Assembly: GCA_002633005.1 (NCBI GenBank) | Contig: NMRA01000918.1 | Coordinates: 27,999-91,998, forward strand | Length of the DNA stretch: 64,000 nt | From: Phoronis australis | Lineage: Eukaryota > Animalia > Phoronida | Reading direction: 5' to 3' | Part shown: piece after piece, positions 24,301 through 35,205 of the stretch | How positions within the stretch are numbered: the stretch's first letter is position 1 | Layout: each line of letters starts with the position of its first letter | Program-made: the position numbers and the translations under genes | The notes under the pieces: generated by a model | The model's input: the letters and a program-made list of their open reading frames with translations, nothing else | Database searches by the model: none | Told to the model about the DNA's origin: nothing

Positions 24301-27300
24301 GTGGACCAGGCACTACTGCACCACCTGTGTTACTGTGATAGGTTGATGGAGGTAAGGGGGTGTGGCCACTGGCTGTTGATTGATTCGTTGCTAAAGGGTG
24401 CTGTGTTGTACTGTTAGTGGGAACAGAAATCTGTTGGGTTTAAACGTATTTTTATGGAATCTTTCTGTGGTTGATACCAAACCAATAACGGTTCAAGGTA
24501 GTCTTAATGCATTCATGTTTGTGTTCATTCATACTCACGAAGTGGTAGCAGTTGGTTTTTTTTGCACATCACTTCATTGATTGCGTACACAAAACACTGG
24601 TTTGTGACAGCTCTCTGGGGATCATAATTTCTATGAATGAAAAGTCATTGTTGCCTCATGATAGACATAGCAAAATTTATCTTTTGAAACTTCCTGTATT
24701 TGCTTGGAAATTCTTAAAATCTAATTGTGAATGTTTTCGTTGTTTACAGAATATCTTGTTGCTTTGCAGAGTCTGGGCAATTTTGGCCCACTGAAGTGTC
24801 GCGAGATTTACTCATTGGACAACTTGCAGCAACAAGCCGACATGATCAAACAGTTGATAGATCTGGCGGAGGAGGGGCCTTATATTGTGGATATACATAA
24901 AGGTAGGGGCGGGACAAGAAGTGCATATTGTGGGAGGGGTAGTAAACTGTGGATATACATGAAGGTAGGTGGGGCCAGATAGGCAAAAATGTAGGAGTGG
25001 TCTTACAGTGTGGATATACGTAAAGGTAGCAAAGACAAGAAGTGCAGGTGGGAGGGGCTGTAAATGTCGAGATGAGCATGATGATAGGTGTGGCCAAATG
25101 GGGGTAAATGAAGGTGTGGGCTTGTATTAAGAATATTGAGCAAGATATGCATAATGTGGGAGGGGTTGTGAACTATGGAAATATGCATGAAGGTGGGTGG
25201 GGCCAAATACTGGTAAATGTAGGTGTGGTCTTACATTAAGGATATTCATAAGGTAGGCTGGGTAAGATATGCATAATGTGGGCGGAGCATGAGGATTTTC
25301 TTGGTGCAATAAGGTGGTTATCTTAACTTTGGAACTTCTGACAGTTTTTGGTTTGTGAGGAAAATTCTGAAAGTTGACTTTGTATTTTGTAAAAGCGCAC
25401 TTATCGGGTTTGTTTGTAGTTATGTCTTCGTTAACGAGTGATAAAAGCCTGAAAGAGTTCTGGACAAAGTGTATTGACGGGTCATCACTATGCGTCAACA
25501 CCGAGAGGTTCCTAGCACAGCTGGAGCGCGAGTTTGGCGATCTAATCCGCGAGCGTTACGACACAGGGGCTACCAAAGGTAACAATAAACAAATTATCAA
25601 TGCGTTGGAGGCGACATAGTGGTCATGGAGTTGGGTCGCTCTAACCCCTTTAAGAAGCCACCTGTTAATATGCTGCAGTCATATGGTATGTGGTGTGCTT
25701 TGTACATGTTACTAGTGTTGACAATAAGTTTAAGATTTTCAGCGCATTAACACTTTCAGGTTATCTAGGACTTTAATAAGCGACCTCGAATCTAAGTCAA
25801 ATATCGAAAAAAACTATGCTTTATCAACCATTAAAAGTATATATTTTCTGAATGGAGAAAGATTGGGGATTTAAAAAATATGTTTTTTACTTCCGTGTCT
25901 TTATTATTGTCTAGTGACCACAAATTTTAAAGTCAAATTTGCATGTAAGAAAGATACATTCGTAGCAAAATAACCCCTGGCCAATTTTACTAAAACATTT
26001 TTTATATGAAAACTTTAAGTTACGTCTCAAATACGCTGTTAGGATTTTGCTTTAAAATGCCTAGTTTTTGCTTACGGAGCAATATACGAATAAGACCGCT
26101 GTTTTTTTAAAAAAATGCCTTGTGTTTTGCAAGTTAATTTTTGGCATAAAACCCAAACTAAGTGAATAATCAAAAATTCCTAGATAACCTTAATTGTAAA
26201 CGTCCAACTACTGCTTTTTAACATTGTTGGAACATGAACACAACTTCTGCTTTGCCAAAATTTCACAATATATTTTTAAAAGTACTCAATAAAATAGTCA
26301 AATGGCCTGTTTGTGCGAGTCCTTGTATATTTTGGTCCGCAAACTTTTAATCTTGTGCAAGCTGATCTTCCATAAGTTTTGCAGCCATGACAATTTTCAA
26401 GATTCTGGAAAAACTTCTAAAGAACGCGTCTGTTGGTCGCATGGTTCGTTGAATATTGCTGGTCTAAAATAGCACCTGGTCAGAGTTTGATTATTTGTGG
26501 CAATGTGGTGGTCTTATTGAAAATTGTATCTTACTTTCAGTGCTGCGTGCTGTTGTCGCCAAGTTCCTGGACATTCGGGTGTTTGATCCGGAAAAAGCAG
26601 GTTCACACAATGAGATTACACTGTACCAGTTCATGGGCTACCTGCAGTCATGTGAACGAGAGCTACACAACTTTGTAGACGAAGTGGCCGCCGAGGGTAA
26701 GATGTCTGGGCTGGGGTAGCGATGTTAACTGTAAGAATATGTTTGCTTGGAGCTGAGAGTTTTGTTTGTTAAGCTCAATGTTGAAGACTGTCATCGCTTG
26801 GATGGGGCTGAAGAAATGTTTGAGAGAAGTGGGCATTCTGGGTAAATTTTGTGTCCTTGATAACAGTGTTTATCTGATTCATTTGCTACCTAAAAACATC
26901 TACTTGTTGTTAAGCCACAGGGTAGTTACGAACATTACTTGAATATGTTTTGTAATGTGGAAAAGAGGGCAATTATTATAATAATAATGATAGTAATAAA
27001 CTTTAAAATAATTCACTCTAGTCAGGTATTCAAACAATCACTATTCAAGTCAAATTTTTAAATTTTGTACTTTTCTTAATACTCTCAACATTGAAAGCAT
27101 TGGATAGTTTGGCTTTTAATGTTTTACTCTAACCGTGTCATGTTCTTTCTCTCATAGTCTGGCTGTGTGGTCGTCTGCGGTCATGTAACGTGGACATTGT
27201 CATCAAAACCCTCCTGACCTTCACGAGGACCGTCCCACCCACAGAGTGTCTCAAGCTGATCCCACTTCTCCTGCTGTCGGACAGCGCGGACGTGCGAGTC

Positions 27301-30300
27301 ACCGCGGGTAGGTCAAGGTCATGACCCTGCATAATTTGTTGTATGTTAGCCATGTATTGCATAGCTAACTATAGATGGCGCTGTACCATTGCAACCGATT
27401 GGTACAATTCTGTGATGTTGTTCTTTGCATTAGGTGACTTCATCTCCCATATACCCAACACAAAGCATGCAAGGAGTGCCTTCTTTTGCTTTAACTTCTG
27501 GGCTCACTTTGCTACTGCATGTTTGCTACCCTCAGACTTCAGTAGTGTCACTAATATCCCATTAATTACCTATAGATTAGAAATATTGCGGATGCGCGAA
27601 TTTATTGGCTTGATTGTTTATTGCCCTGTAAGATAACGGCTTTCCAGTGGTCTTAGTGGAAATCTTAGCAAGGTCAGGTCTTCCATCAATCTTCCCTTCA
27701 CTATTATCCAATTAGATTTACCTGGTCATGCAACCGTTAGCTTGTGTCCATGAATTTTTCAAAAAGTCTTATAATATTTGTAAAACAGAGGTCACCTATG
27801 CTGCATTGTAATAAATTATTGGCAGAAAAGTCTAACGAATTCCGGACAAAAATAATTGCTAAAATTACCCTTTCAAAAGCTTCAATTGTTGATAAAGCCC
27901 ATCATTTCTCTAGTCGTCGTCTGATATGAGCTATGGTATAACTGAAAAATGATCAAGCATTTATTTGGCGTCACTTGTGAAAGAATAAAAAAAAACAAAT
28001 TCCAGTCGAGTCCATAATTGGTGAGATTCTACCGTACTTAAAGAAGCAAATCTTCATTTGTCAATCTCTTGTTGGTGTCGTTTCAGAGACCTATCTACGT
28101 GATTTGGTGACAGAAGCAGAAATCAGAAAAAAGGTGAGAATTTGTCTTTGTCTCATGTACGTCTGTAAGGTAACACTCGGCTTCTTACGCGTGTGGCACA
28201 CGGCATTTACTAACAAACGTCCAAAAAATGGGTTTTCCGACATGATCTGGTGAGACGCTAGTCACATCCAAGACTACATACGTAGTACATACATTCACTA
28301 ACTGTACAACCAGTTCCACCTGATATTAAAATTGATACCATTGAAGTGAGTTTTCCTGTATTAATCTCATTATTCACGCAGCGCCTTTAGACAGCCTGGC
28401 CTTGTTTAGGCCGCCAGCATGTAGGCAACTTTGTGTAAACTAAAATACTGTCAGTCAGGTTTCTGGTTGTATTTTCTTTTTCATTCGGAGACTTTGGGAT
28501 TTCAGTAGTCCATTATCCACTTTTCCGAAGACTAGAGAATGCAGAAAGCACTATGTCATTTTGTTATTATTGTGTACACAGTCAATTATTTGGAATGGAA
28601 CATGTTTGTATCCGCTTTATGTATGCTATAAGCGATATACTTCAACGACTAGTGTTCAGCATGTAGGATTCAGTTTCCATCGGTGCTGTGCATTTATTAG
28701 GAACTGACACCAGCATATTATACCCGGACTGTGACCCTGCAGAGGTGCTGCTGCTTACGAGCGGCATCAGTGCAGTATTAAAGGTAACCAAAACAATGGT
28801 ACTGTTCGAACTGTGGTCACATCACGTGACCTAGTGAATATGAGTCTGAAGATTTCTGCCCTAACGAGAACTCGAAACAAGTAGCTTGCTGACCAGACTT
28901 AGAATTGGTTGCTATACACATTTCTACGCGGGTTTAAGATTTATTTATTTATTTATGGCTCAGTGGACTAGAGCTTCTGCACGCTTAGCAGAAGGTCCTG
29001 GGTTCAAGTCCTGGTTGGGACAGAAATCTTTTCAGACTTATATTCATTAGATCACGTGATGTGGCCAGACTTAGAAATGTTTTTTCCAAGACATATTTCG
29101 CGTCATTTTAAGATTGATCAATTTATGTAGGTTCTGTATATTGTAATGTTTTCTTTCCCCAGGTCTTGGTCACTTTTGTTGAAGGCTTAGAGGATTCCAA
29201 TGCGGATATTCGCTGTGGTGCCTGCATTGCTCTTCGGGAGCTGAAGGTAAATTTGTATTATCACATATCAAGTGATCCTTTGTTTGATGTTGACTGCTGT
29301 TAATAATCACGGTTCAGTGTGTTGGTCGACCTTGGCTTGTACCATAGTTGCCAAAAGAAATCGGTCAAAGTTCCATTTCTCAGTCCTGATGTGTCGGTCC
29401 AGTTACTCTGATGGTGAGCTACGATTGCACTTGACCAGCCATCTTAGTGCGGAATTAATCCTGCGTGCACTCAAGTCTCTTGAGGGGGTTTCCGGATCAT
29501 TTTGTCTCTTTATTTTTGGCTGTATTTTGTCGATGTTTAGTGTTAGTTTGGGAAACATCAAGGAGAAGGCCCTGTTTGTTTCCCGCCTTTTGAATATTTT
29601 TCTGCAGTACTTTTATGCATGATCAATAGGTGGAGGCAGAGTAGTCACAGCAGTTACTGTTAAAAACACAGTGAATGATGATATAGGTACTTTGTAATCG
29701 AGCAATTTGAGGCATGGTAACTCTTCCTATTTTGCTCACAACATGGTTGACTAACGTGAATTTTTTTTTCTAATTGATCAATTATAAGTAAAGATCAAGA
29801 AATTTCTAGTTCATTTTTAGCTTGGCTTGTACTGTGTAGATGTCATCGAGCAGCATGTTCTGTTTATTTGCTGCGAAGAAAAATGAAAATTTTAGCTACT
29901 ATTTTTGTGTGAAATAAGTGAAGAATTACTGTACGTCTTAGTTGAAGGAGTAAGCGCAAGCCAGTGTAGGAGCAACCTGTTGTTCTTGTTGCTTAGCAAC
30001 ACTCAGAGAGTCTATTCCATTGCAGGCAGTGGAGGCGGTGGATCAGCTGGTATTTATATGTGAGACGGACAACTCGTCAACTGTACGTTCGCGGGCCAAG
30101 GAGGCCCTGCTTGTGCTGGGTAGGTTGGTTGTGGTGCATAATACCTTGATATTAAACACGCGGGATTACTGTATCCACGGGACGACTTAGTCGTTCCTTG
30201 CGCTGCCTCCAGATGAAATTTTTATTGGTTATTTCGTTGACGATGGCGTTGACGTTGGTGATAACCGTCATTTATGGATGAAACAAGAGGCATCTGTTGT

Positions 30301-30861
30301 ACAAACAAGAACTAATTTAAAAATGCTCAGGTGTTTATTGTACACATGAAATGCAGTCTGGTATGAAAATGTCTCATGAAACTGCTATGGAACCTGCTTT
30401 CTGTCAAAAACACGTTTGTTTCATCGAGGCCTGTAAACCTAGTCTCATTCTTTTACCTATTATTTGGATTTGAAGTGTCTTTGGAGTTTTGAAGAACTGA
30501 CAACATTCAACAGATTGAACTCACCCAGTGTGTCATTTTTTCCTGAGCTTGGTTTCAAGTAATATTAATAAGAAATTGTCAATTCTTCCTAATCCCAGAA
30601 AAAAATTTATTCAGAGTAAGGAACAATTTGTTATTGGCACCAGTTTTATAACAAGTGGGTTAATAATACCATTGCATGAACAATTTCAACTTCATAATTC
30701 ACTCGAGCAAACCATTTGCAAAATCAAGTGCAGTGCAGTTCCTTCTGTCTATATATTACCCTCAAATTTAAATTTTCTTTGCAGGTGAGGAAGGTAAGGA
30801 AGCCATTAGCATAGCTGAGTTGGGTTTGCATGGATTTCAAGGGTTGTCTGTCTACAAGTAG
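12205..30861 (+). CDS. RIPOR: RIPOR/FAM65-family Rho-interacting cell polarization regulator, whole spliced gene (18 exons plus probable microexon, about 905-913 aa)
   Basis: Exons join with GT-AG and consistent phases into one ORF. Family-like motifs: [120 protein letters not shown], and a C-terminal HEAT/ARM-like helical region. Confidence 0.93.
12728..13950 (+). mobile_element. Non-autonomous Helentron-like (HINE/DINE-type) element in RIPOR intron
   Basis: 5' small hairpin cgctcc-ga-ggagcg; cttggcgaaatt at 12749, 12911 and 13921; GAT/GAC microsatellites; 3' perfect 13-bp stem tacttggcgaaat/atttcgccaagta (13919-13946) followed by an A-run. Confidence 0.65.
14420..14590. repeat. Interspersed repeat fragment, related copy at about 29800-29940
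   Basis: Shared tgtactgtgtagatgtcatc core with similar flanks. Confidence 0.5.
14659..14780 (+). CDS. RIPOR: RIPOR exon (PLGSGLRSKM...MPKVPRPGRASVMFKAIADGI)
   Basis: tttacag acceptor, gtagg donor, phase 0 to 2. Confidence 0.85.
16021..16290 (+). pseudogene. Decayed non-LTR retrotransposon (LINE) reverse transcriptase fragment
   Basis: Frameshifted pieces read IDDLL, IVQAYTDAV (degenerate YADD at 16089-16100), QGALNIASQWAKTVGLEISSSK and LKLCDTELPLQDKVACLAVILN, in the order of RT domains 5-7. Confidence 0.6.
16355..16486. mobile_element. 132-bp MITE with CAGTGGCGGAT / ATCTGCCCCTG termini
   Basis: Imperfect TIRs, flanked on both sides by gtatc (16350-16354, 16487-16491). Confidence 0.65.
16666..16750 (+). 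CDS. RIPOR: RIPOR exon (EYIFVTQQDIDSLQ...SGMQ)
   Basis: ttctttcag acceptor, gtagg donor, phase 2 to 0. Confidence 0.8.
17708..17731 (+). CDS. RIPOR: Probable 24-nt RIPOR microexon (ARHLECRK)
   Basis: cctacag acceptor, aag/gtaatt donor, symmetric phase 0, fills a gap just before RLKAAERY. Confidence 0.6.
18853..18906 (+). CDS. RIPOR: RIPOR exon ([18 protein letters not shown])
   Basis: ttgcag acceptor, gtgagt donor; resembles the ERYMRRLEFHISK segment of vertebrate RIPORs. Confidence 0.92.
19882..20469 (-). mobile_element. Helentron/HINE-like element, relative of 56226-57367
   Basis: Minus strand starts aacaagagcaa, has the aaaatggccactaggagg core and ends ...gggcgtataaaa. Confidence 0.55.
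20566..20773 (+). CDS. RIPOR: RIPOR exon (VEELSDCYQIQSQLRDG...TFQCKMK)
   Basis: Inside ORF 20557-20904; tttcag and gtaag sites; phase 0 to 1. Confidence 0.93.
21531..21700 (+). CDS. RIPOR: RIPOR exon ([12 protein letters not shown]...VFAIK)
   Basis: ctgcag and gtagg sites; GFARxCxGD motif. Confidence 0.93.
22130..22275 (+). CDS. RIPOR: RIPOR exon (VVESRSLK...[12 protein letters not shown]...FIVNW)
   Basis: ttgcag and gtaagt sites; phase 0 to 2. Confidence 0.92.
22432..22978 (+). CDS. RIPOR: RIPOR large central exon (Ser-rich region, then LEDYQGHYTELRQLEEQI)
   Basis: Inside ORF 22328-23035; ttttag and gtaagg sites; phase 2 to 0. Confidence 0.92.
23375..23526 (+). CDS. RIPOR: RIPOR exon (KSSELDE...[12 protein letters not shown]...RPQ)
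   Basis: ttgcag and gtaacc sites; FDFL motif; phase 0 to 2. Confidence 0.88.
24132..24351 (+). CDS. RIPOR: RIPOR exon (PPADSDG...DSGIES...ITTGNEQVD...RLME)
   Basis: gcacag and gtaagg sites; TTGN motif; phase 2 to 0. Confidence 0.9.
24770..24902 (+). CDS. RIPOR: RIPOR exon (SLGNFGPLKCRE...IVDIHK)
   Basis: ttgcag and gtagg sites; phase 0 to 1. Confidence 0.87.
24887..25290 (+). repeat. Degenerate minisatellite of about 61 bp that includes the exon end and splice donor
   Basis: gtggatatac..(a/g)aaggtag at 24887, 24949 and 25010, with more diverged units to about 25290. Confidence 0.7.
25420..25578 (+). CDS. RIPOR: RIPOR exon (VMSSLTSDKSLKEFWTKC...GATK)
   Basis: ttgtag and gtaac sites; phase 1 to 1. 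Confidence 0.87.
26541..26696 (+). CDS. RIPOR: RIPOR exon (VLRAVVAKFLD...ITLYQFMGYL...AAE)
   Basis: tttcag and gtaag sites; phase 1 to 1. Confidence 0.88.
27158..27307 (+). CDS. RIPOR: RIPOR exon (VWLCGRLRSC...LLLLSDSADVRVTA)
   Basis: ctcatag and gtagg sites; phase 1 to 1. Confidence 0.86.
28087..28133 (+). CDS. RIPOR: RIPOR short exon (ETYLRDLVTEAEIRKK)
   Basis: tttcag and gtgag sites; phase 1 to 0 bridges its neighbours. Confidence 0.83.
28814..29067. mobile_element. Foldback element: inverted arms of about 80 bp containing tRNA-like (SINE head) sequence
   Basis: 28814-28893 is the approximate reverse complement of 28985-29067; A-box-like tggctcagtgg near 28956 and B-box-like ggttcaagtcc at 29001. 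Confidence 0.7.
29163..29246 (+). CDS. RIPOR: RIPOR exon (VLVTFVEGLEDSNADIRCGACIALRELK)
   Basis: tttcccag and gtaaat sites; HEAT-like segment. Confidence 0.88.
30026..30119 (+). CDS. RIPOR: RIPOR exon (AVEAVDQLVFICETD...AKEALLVL)
   Basis: ttgcag and gtagg sites; phase 0 to 1. Confidence 0.88.
30785..30861 (+). CDS. RIPOR: RIPOR last coding exon (GEEGKEAISIAELGLHGFQGLSVYK, stop)
   Basis: tttgcag acceptor; LGEEG motif; TAG at 30859-30861. Confidence 0.87.
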
Positions 30862-33800
30862 TCTGTCTTACTGGCTCTGGTCTGAAAGATGAGCCCTGAT
30901 GGAATATGTTAGTTTGTTGCTACCAGCGTACCCATTGAAAATGACTAGTCTATGATTTATTGAATACACAAACGGACCAAGCGCAGATTGGTGGTGTAAG
31001 TGATCCCCAAATGGCAGCAGTTGCTAATGGCAATGGAACATGGTTGCCACTGTAGGCGACATGATGTAGGAAAAATGATGTTCAATCATTCGAGAACGGT
31101 TTGACAAAATGTGTGCGGTTAAACATACTGCAGTGACTTTAGTGATGACTTGGCACGCCAGTGTCTCAGACTTGATTGTATGCTGTACATTGCAGCCATT
31201 GTGTCTTTATAAAAAACATTTCTAAATGTGATCTTGTACTGGTAACCACAACTTTATGACAACAATCATAAGCTGGAGTCACAAAAAGATGCGACTGCCA
31301 TTGTATTTGAAATTAACCCATTCTACCAAGGGGTGGGGTTGGGGGAGTGTGCAAAGAGATGTACTCCGTTCTCTTCCCAGCTTTTTCAGATGTTGGTGTA
31401 CCATTTTTACCTTTTTGAGCGTTATGTGTAGCTCATGTTAGTGCATAGGCTCGAGTCAGTATGCCGTTTGGCTTTAACTTTGTCACTGTAATCCTGAGTT
31501 TATAATGTGGTGTGTCTCAAGCTGCGTTGAACAAGTGACATTTTTGTGTACCATTGATTAGGAATGTGTTTAGTCTTAGTGGTTGATATCATTCCATTCC
31601 TGCCAAAGACCGTCTTTAGTTTTAATATTTAATGAATACCGGATAGGTTGCAATGTTACGTTTATTTTGATTTTTTTTTGATATGCTTTAAATACGGCAA
31701 TTCTCATCAATCAACACACGCACATTACACACATTGCAGTGCTAGGTGTATAGTGTGTTGGCTATTAAAGACAATTGACTGTACTGTGTTGTGTGTTGTG
31801 GCATGTGCTCTTGTTGTGTGTCATAGCACTGCAGCACACATAGTGAGTGCAGCTGCACTATGATGCGTCACTTAGAGACGTCTCGTTGCGCCATCTGTTG
31901 AGTGAAGCAAAAACCTGTTCTCTCGTTGTGCGGTAAACTCTCGATTTAGACAATTAATTTAGTGCAATATGTCGAGGATCATTTATTCCATTTATAATGA
32001 ATACAATGTAAATAAATCGGGGTACATATTAACAAGGGTTAGCGTAGAAACTATTTTTTAAATCATGTCGTGCCTGTATTGGGTTTGAGGCTTTACATAG
32101 TACATGTGAACGTAGATAAATCCAACTGACCAGTATTACACTTAACTATCATTCTGAGTTCAATTAGTTGATCCGACTTTGTTATATCGAGTGCTGTTTT
32201 GGGTGTGACTATTACCTTGGGTATTGCTCTAATACACAACCATGAGTGTCAGATGTTTCACCAGATTATAAAATTAACCATCCTTGTAGCCTGTGGTTAC
32301 ACTATGGTCAGAATGAAGCTGATGGGTGTTATTTTTGGTTTAGTAAATCACACGATTATTTTTCACGGAACCAGCATTCCTCATAACAAGTCAGTTAGGC
32401 CTACGTAAACCTAGAATCCATTATTGGGTCCTAGCGTGAGCAGTCTGAAAGCTAAATCTGTTTACTAAAACTTTTGTTCTGTGAAATTTGGTTCTCTGTT
32501 TAGACGTTATATGTTTTGTGAATACCTTGCAGTCAAAGTAGTTATAGCAAAGTTGTGAAACCGTATTCGGTTTGTCCGAAGCAACAGTATTAACCGTAAA
32601 TTTGTACTGTAATATTTAACACAGGATTACCAAGTTGTTCTGTACTCTATATTAGGCAAGCGTTAATAATTTATTTTGCATCCCATTTTCACTGTGGACT
32701 AACTGTATTTTGTGGTTTATCAAATAAATATTTAAAGGAACCTATTTTCACAAAAGTTGTGTTTGTTAAATACTTTAATTTGTAATTATTTTGACCATGT
32801 CTTACATGAAATATCATGCCAGATTTTTTATGCTTTGACAGGACGAAGTTTTTGAGAGTACAGTGAAGTCCATCTGCATACAATTTTTACTCTTTGAGTG
32901 AAAACATTTCAGTTATATTACTGAAGTCACTTTTTAAGTAATCTCATGACAATTGCATGTTGTCTCTGGTGACGTAATTTCACCTTGAAAACCTCAAAAC
33001 ACCAACCAAACAGAGTGCCATCTAGTGTTCAATGATGGAACCAGTCTACTCAATCCATTGTAATTACAGTTAGCTTTCACTGCACTTGGCAATTTGTGAA
33101 TGCCACATTAGGGCCTTCAGTCTTAAGCAATAATGATGCATAAACTTTCCTAAGCTCAGCATGAGAAAGGCAATGAGTCATTCTAATAGACTTGTTTCAT
33201 CACTACATAAAAGGCCTTTTTTAATCAGTATTTTGGAAAATACTAAAGACCTTGAGACGCCACTGATGACCTGTACAGGTAAATTCATTTCGACATCAAA
33301 AATTGCTTGACCTAGGCAAACAATCTTTGAAAAAATACGCGACGACTCTCTATAGCAATTAAGAGAAATTTTACCAAAATAATTTATTTACAACGTGAAC
33401 AACAAGACATCGAAAGTCCGAGTCCTTTTGCAAACCCTGATGGAACCCTTTCAAGAGATTTTAATATTAGAGCTTTAAAAATGCTTCATAACTGAGCTTT
33501 CACACATTCACATACAGAACACACAGTTCCCCGTACATTGCTAACACTATATCCATATTGCTACACCCTCAACACCTACTATGTAACCCAACTTCAGCGC
33601 ATTATCTAGTTTAAGTTGGATTGTTTCACATGAAGCCAGATGGGTATTTTCATACATAAAGGAGGACATTATGTTGTAATGTCTGGCATCATAAGCAATG
33701 ACAAGTGACTGTTCCTGCTTCTGATAACATCGCTTTCTTGAAAATTGTCTCGCTTTCAAAATATTCTTGAGCAGACTCCACAAAGAGTCGTAAATTTGCA

Positions 33801-35205
33801 CGATGTTGTTTGGCAGATCTAGGCGAGCCAACACATGGACTAGATAGTCACGCCACCTGGTGACTTCCTCGAAGTTCCATGCAGCGCCAATAAAGTCAAG
33901 CCGAAATCATAAACTCTCACCAGGAATGAATCGAGTTAACAGTGACAAATGTTCTCGTTTAGGCAAACAATGAACTTCATAAAGACCATGGTTTTATCAT
34001 ACCGTAATTAGGCGTCCCATCTTACCCCATCCAAAAGCCAAGCAAATGCTCTTATGTCAAACAAAAACGGTACCACATGAGGCTTATTGAAGTGTTCTAA
34101 ACAAAACATAATAAGGCAATAATAATTTGGCAGTATGTTACAGAAAAAAATATACTTAGAACTTATAGTAAATCTTCCACGAAAATGAAAAACAAACATA
34201 TAACGAGGGAATTTTCAAGAGTGGACAATGAAAGTTGAGAGAAATTCTTGATCAAGAAAATCTTATCAAATTCTTGATCTTTAGTTTTAGTTATACCTGA
34301 ATCCCTTATTTTGAAACCAGAGGTCGTCAAATTAAAATAAATAGGTGCTACTTTACTTATTAAGTCAGAAACAAAATAATAAGTAATTATCACAGTATAA
34401 TAAATTGCGAAAATACTTTTAAAAGGTCTGCAACAAAACATGTAAAGTCAGTTTTGAACTTAGTGACCTAAAATGTTCACAAGTTCTAACACCCAACATC
34501 AAGGCAATGTTCTGTTATAATGCTTACTAAAATCGTTGCAGATAACGGGGCAGATCATGATTAAATGCTTCAACTTTGCAGAAATGAGATTTTTCAAACA
34601 AACTATCACACATTTAACATCCAAGCTGTTTCACTGAAAGCATCATAGCCCATCACTGGAAAAAGTTCTTTGAGAAGATAATTATTTTTTAATAGTTCAA
34701 TTTAATGGTTAAATAAAATGAGCTTATCTCATCACTACAAACATCCTGACAGCTTTTCATATTTATTATTCAAAACAAGTTAACGTTACTAATTTTGATT
34801 TTCACCTTGTTTCCCACTTCCCTTTAAGTATTACCACTGCTTTGGTTGAAAAGACACTGCTAGATTCACACCTACACAGAACACATACAAACCCAGCTAA
34901 ACCACCAAACTACTGCGGGCATTAAAGTACAGGCAAGGCAAAAGAAATGTAACAGGTAAAAACAGACATTAAACAAAACACGTTTAAAGCAATCGCCAAA
35001 TTACCTTTTACCAGGATGCCTAGAAATTACCTGTTCTGACTAACAATTACAGACAAACCCTAATTCCAGAAAGGCAACTTCATCTAGCTTTTTGATCAAC
35101 GCACCATCATTTGGTCATGAGAGGATGACTACAACAGGGAAATTCCCTTAGGGCTGGTCAATAAGTCTTTTTAAGCACATATTTGACGTTTTCTCAACAT
35201 CTTTT

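Noticed and set aside
28955-29020. Functional tRNA gene (also 49204-49260, 49625-49682 and 40757-40772)
   Set aside because: A/B-box-like motifs are present but I could not build a clean cloverleaf, and most sit in repeat arms; treated as SINE-derived.
30859-30870. Stop-codon readthrough or selenocysteine recoding in either gene
   Set aside because: Both stops are TAG without a CUAG-type readthrough context, and no in-frame TGA occurs in the reconstructed ORFs.
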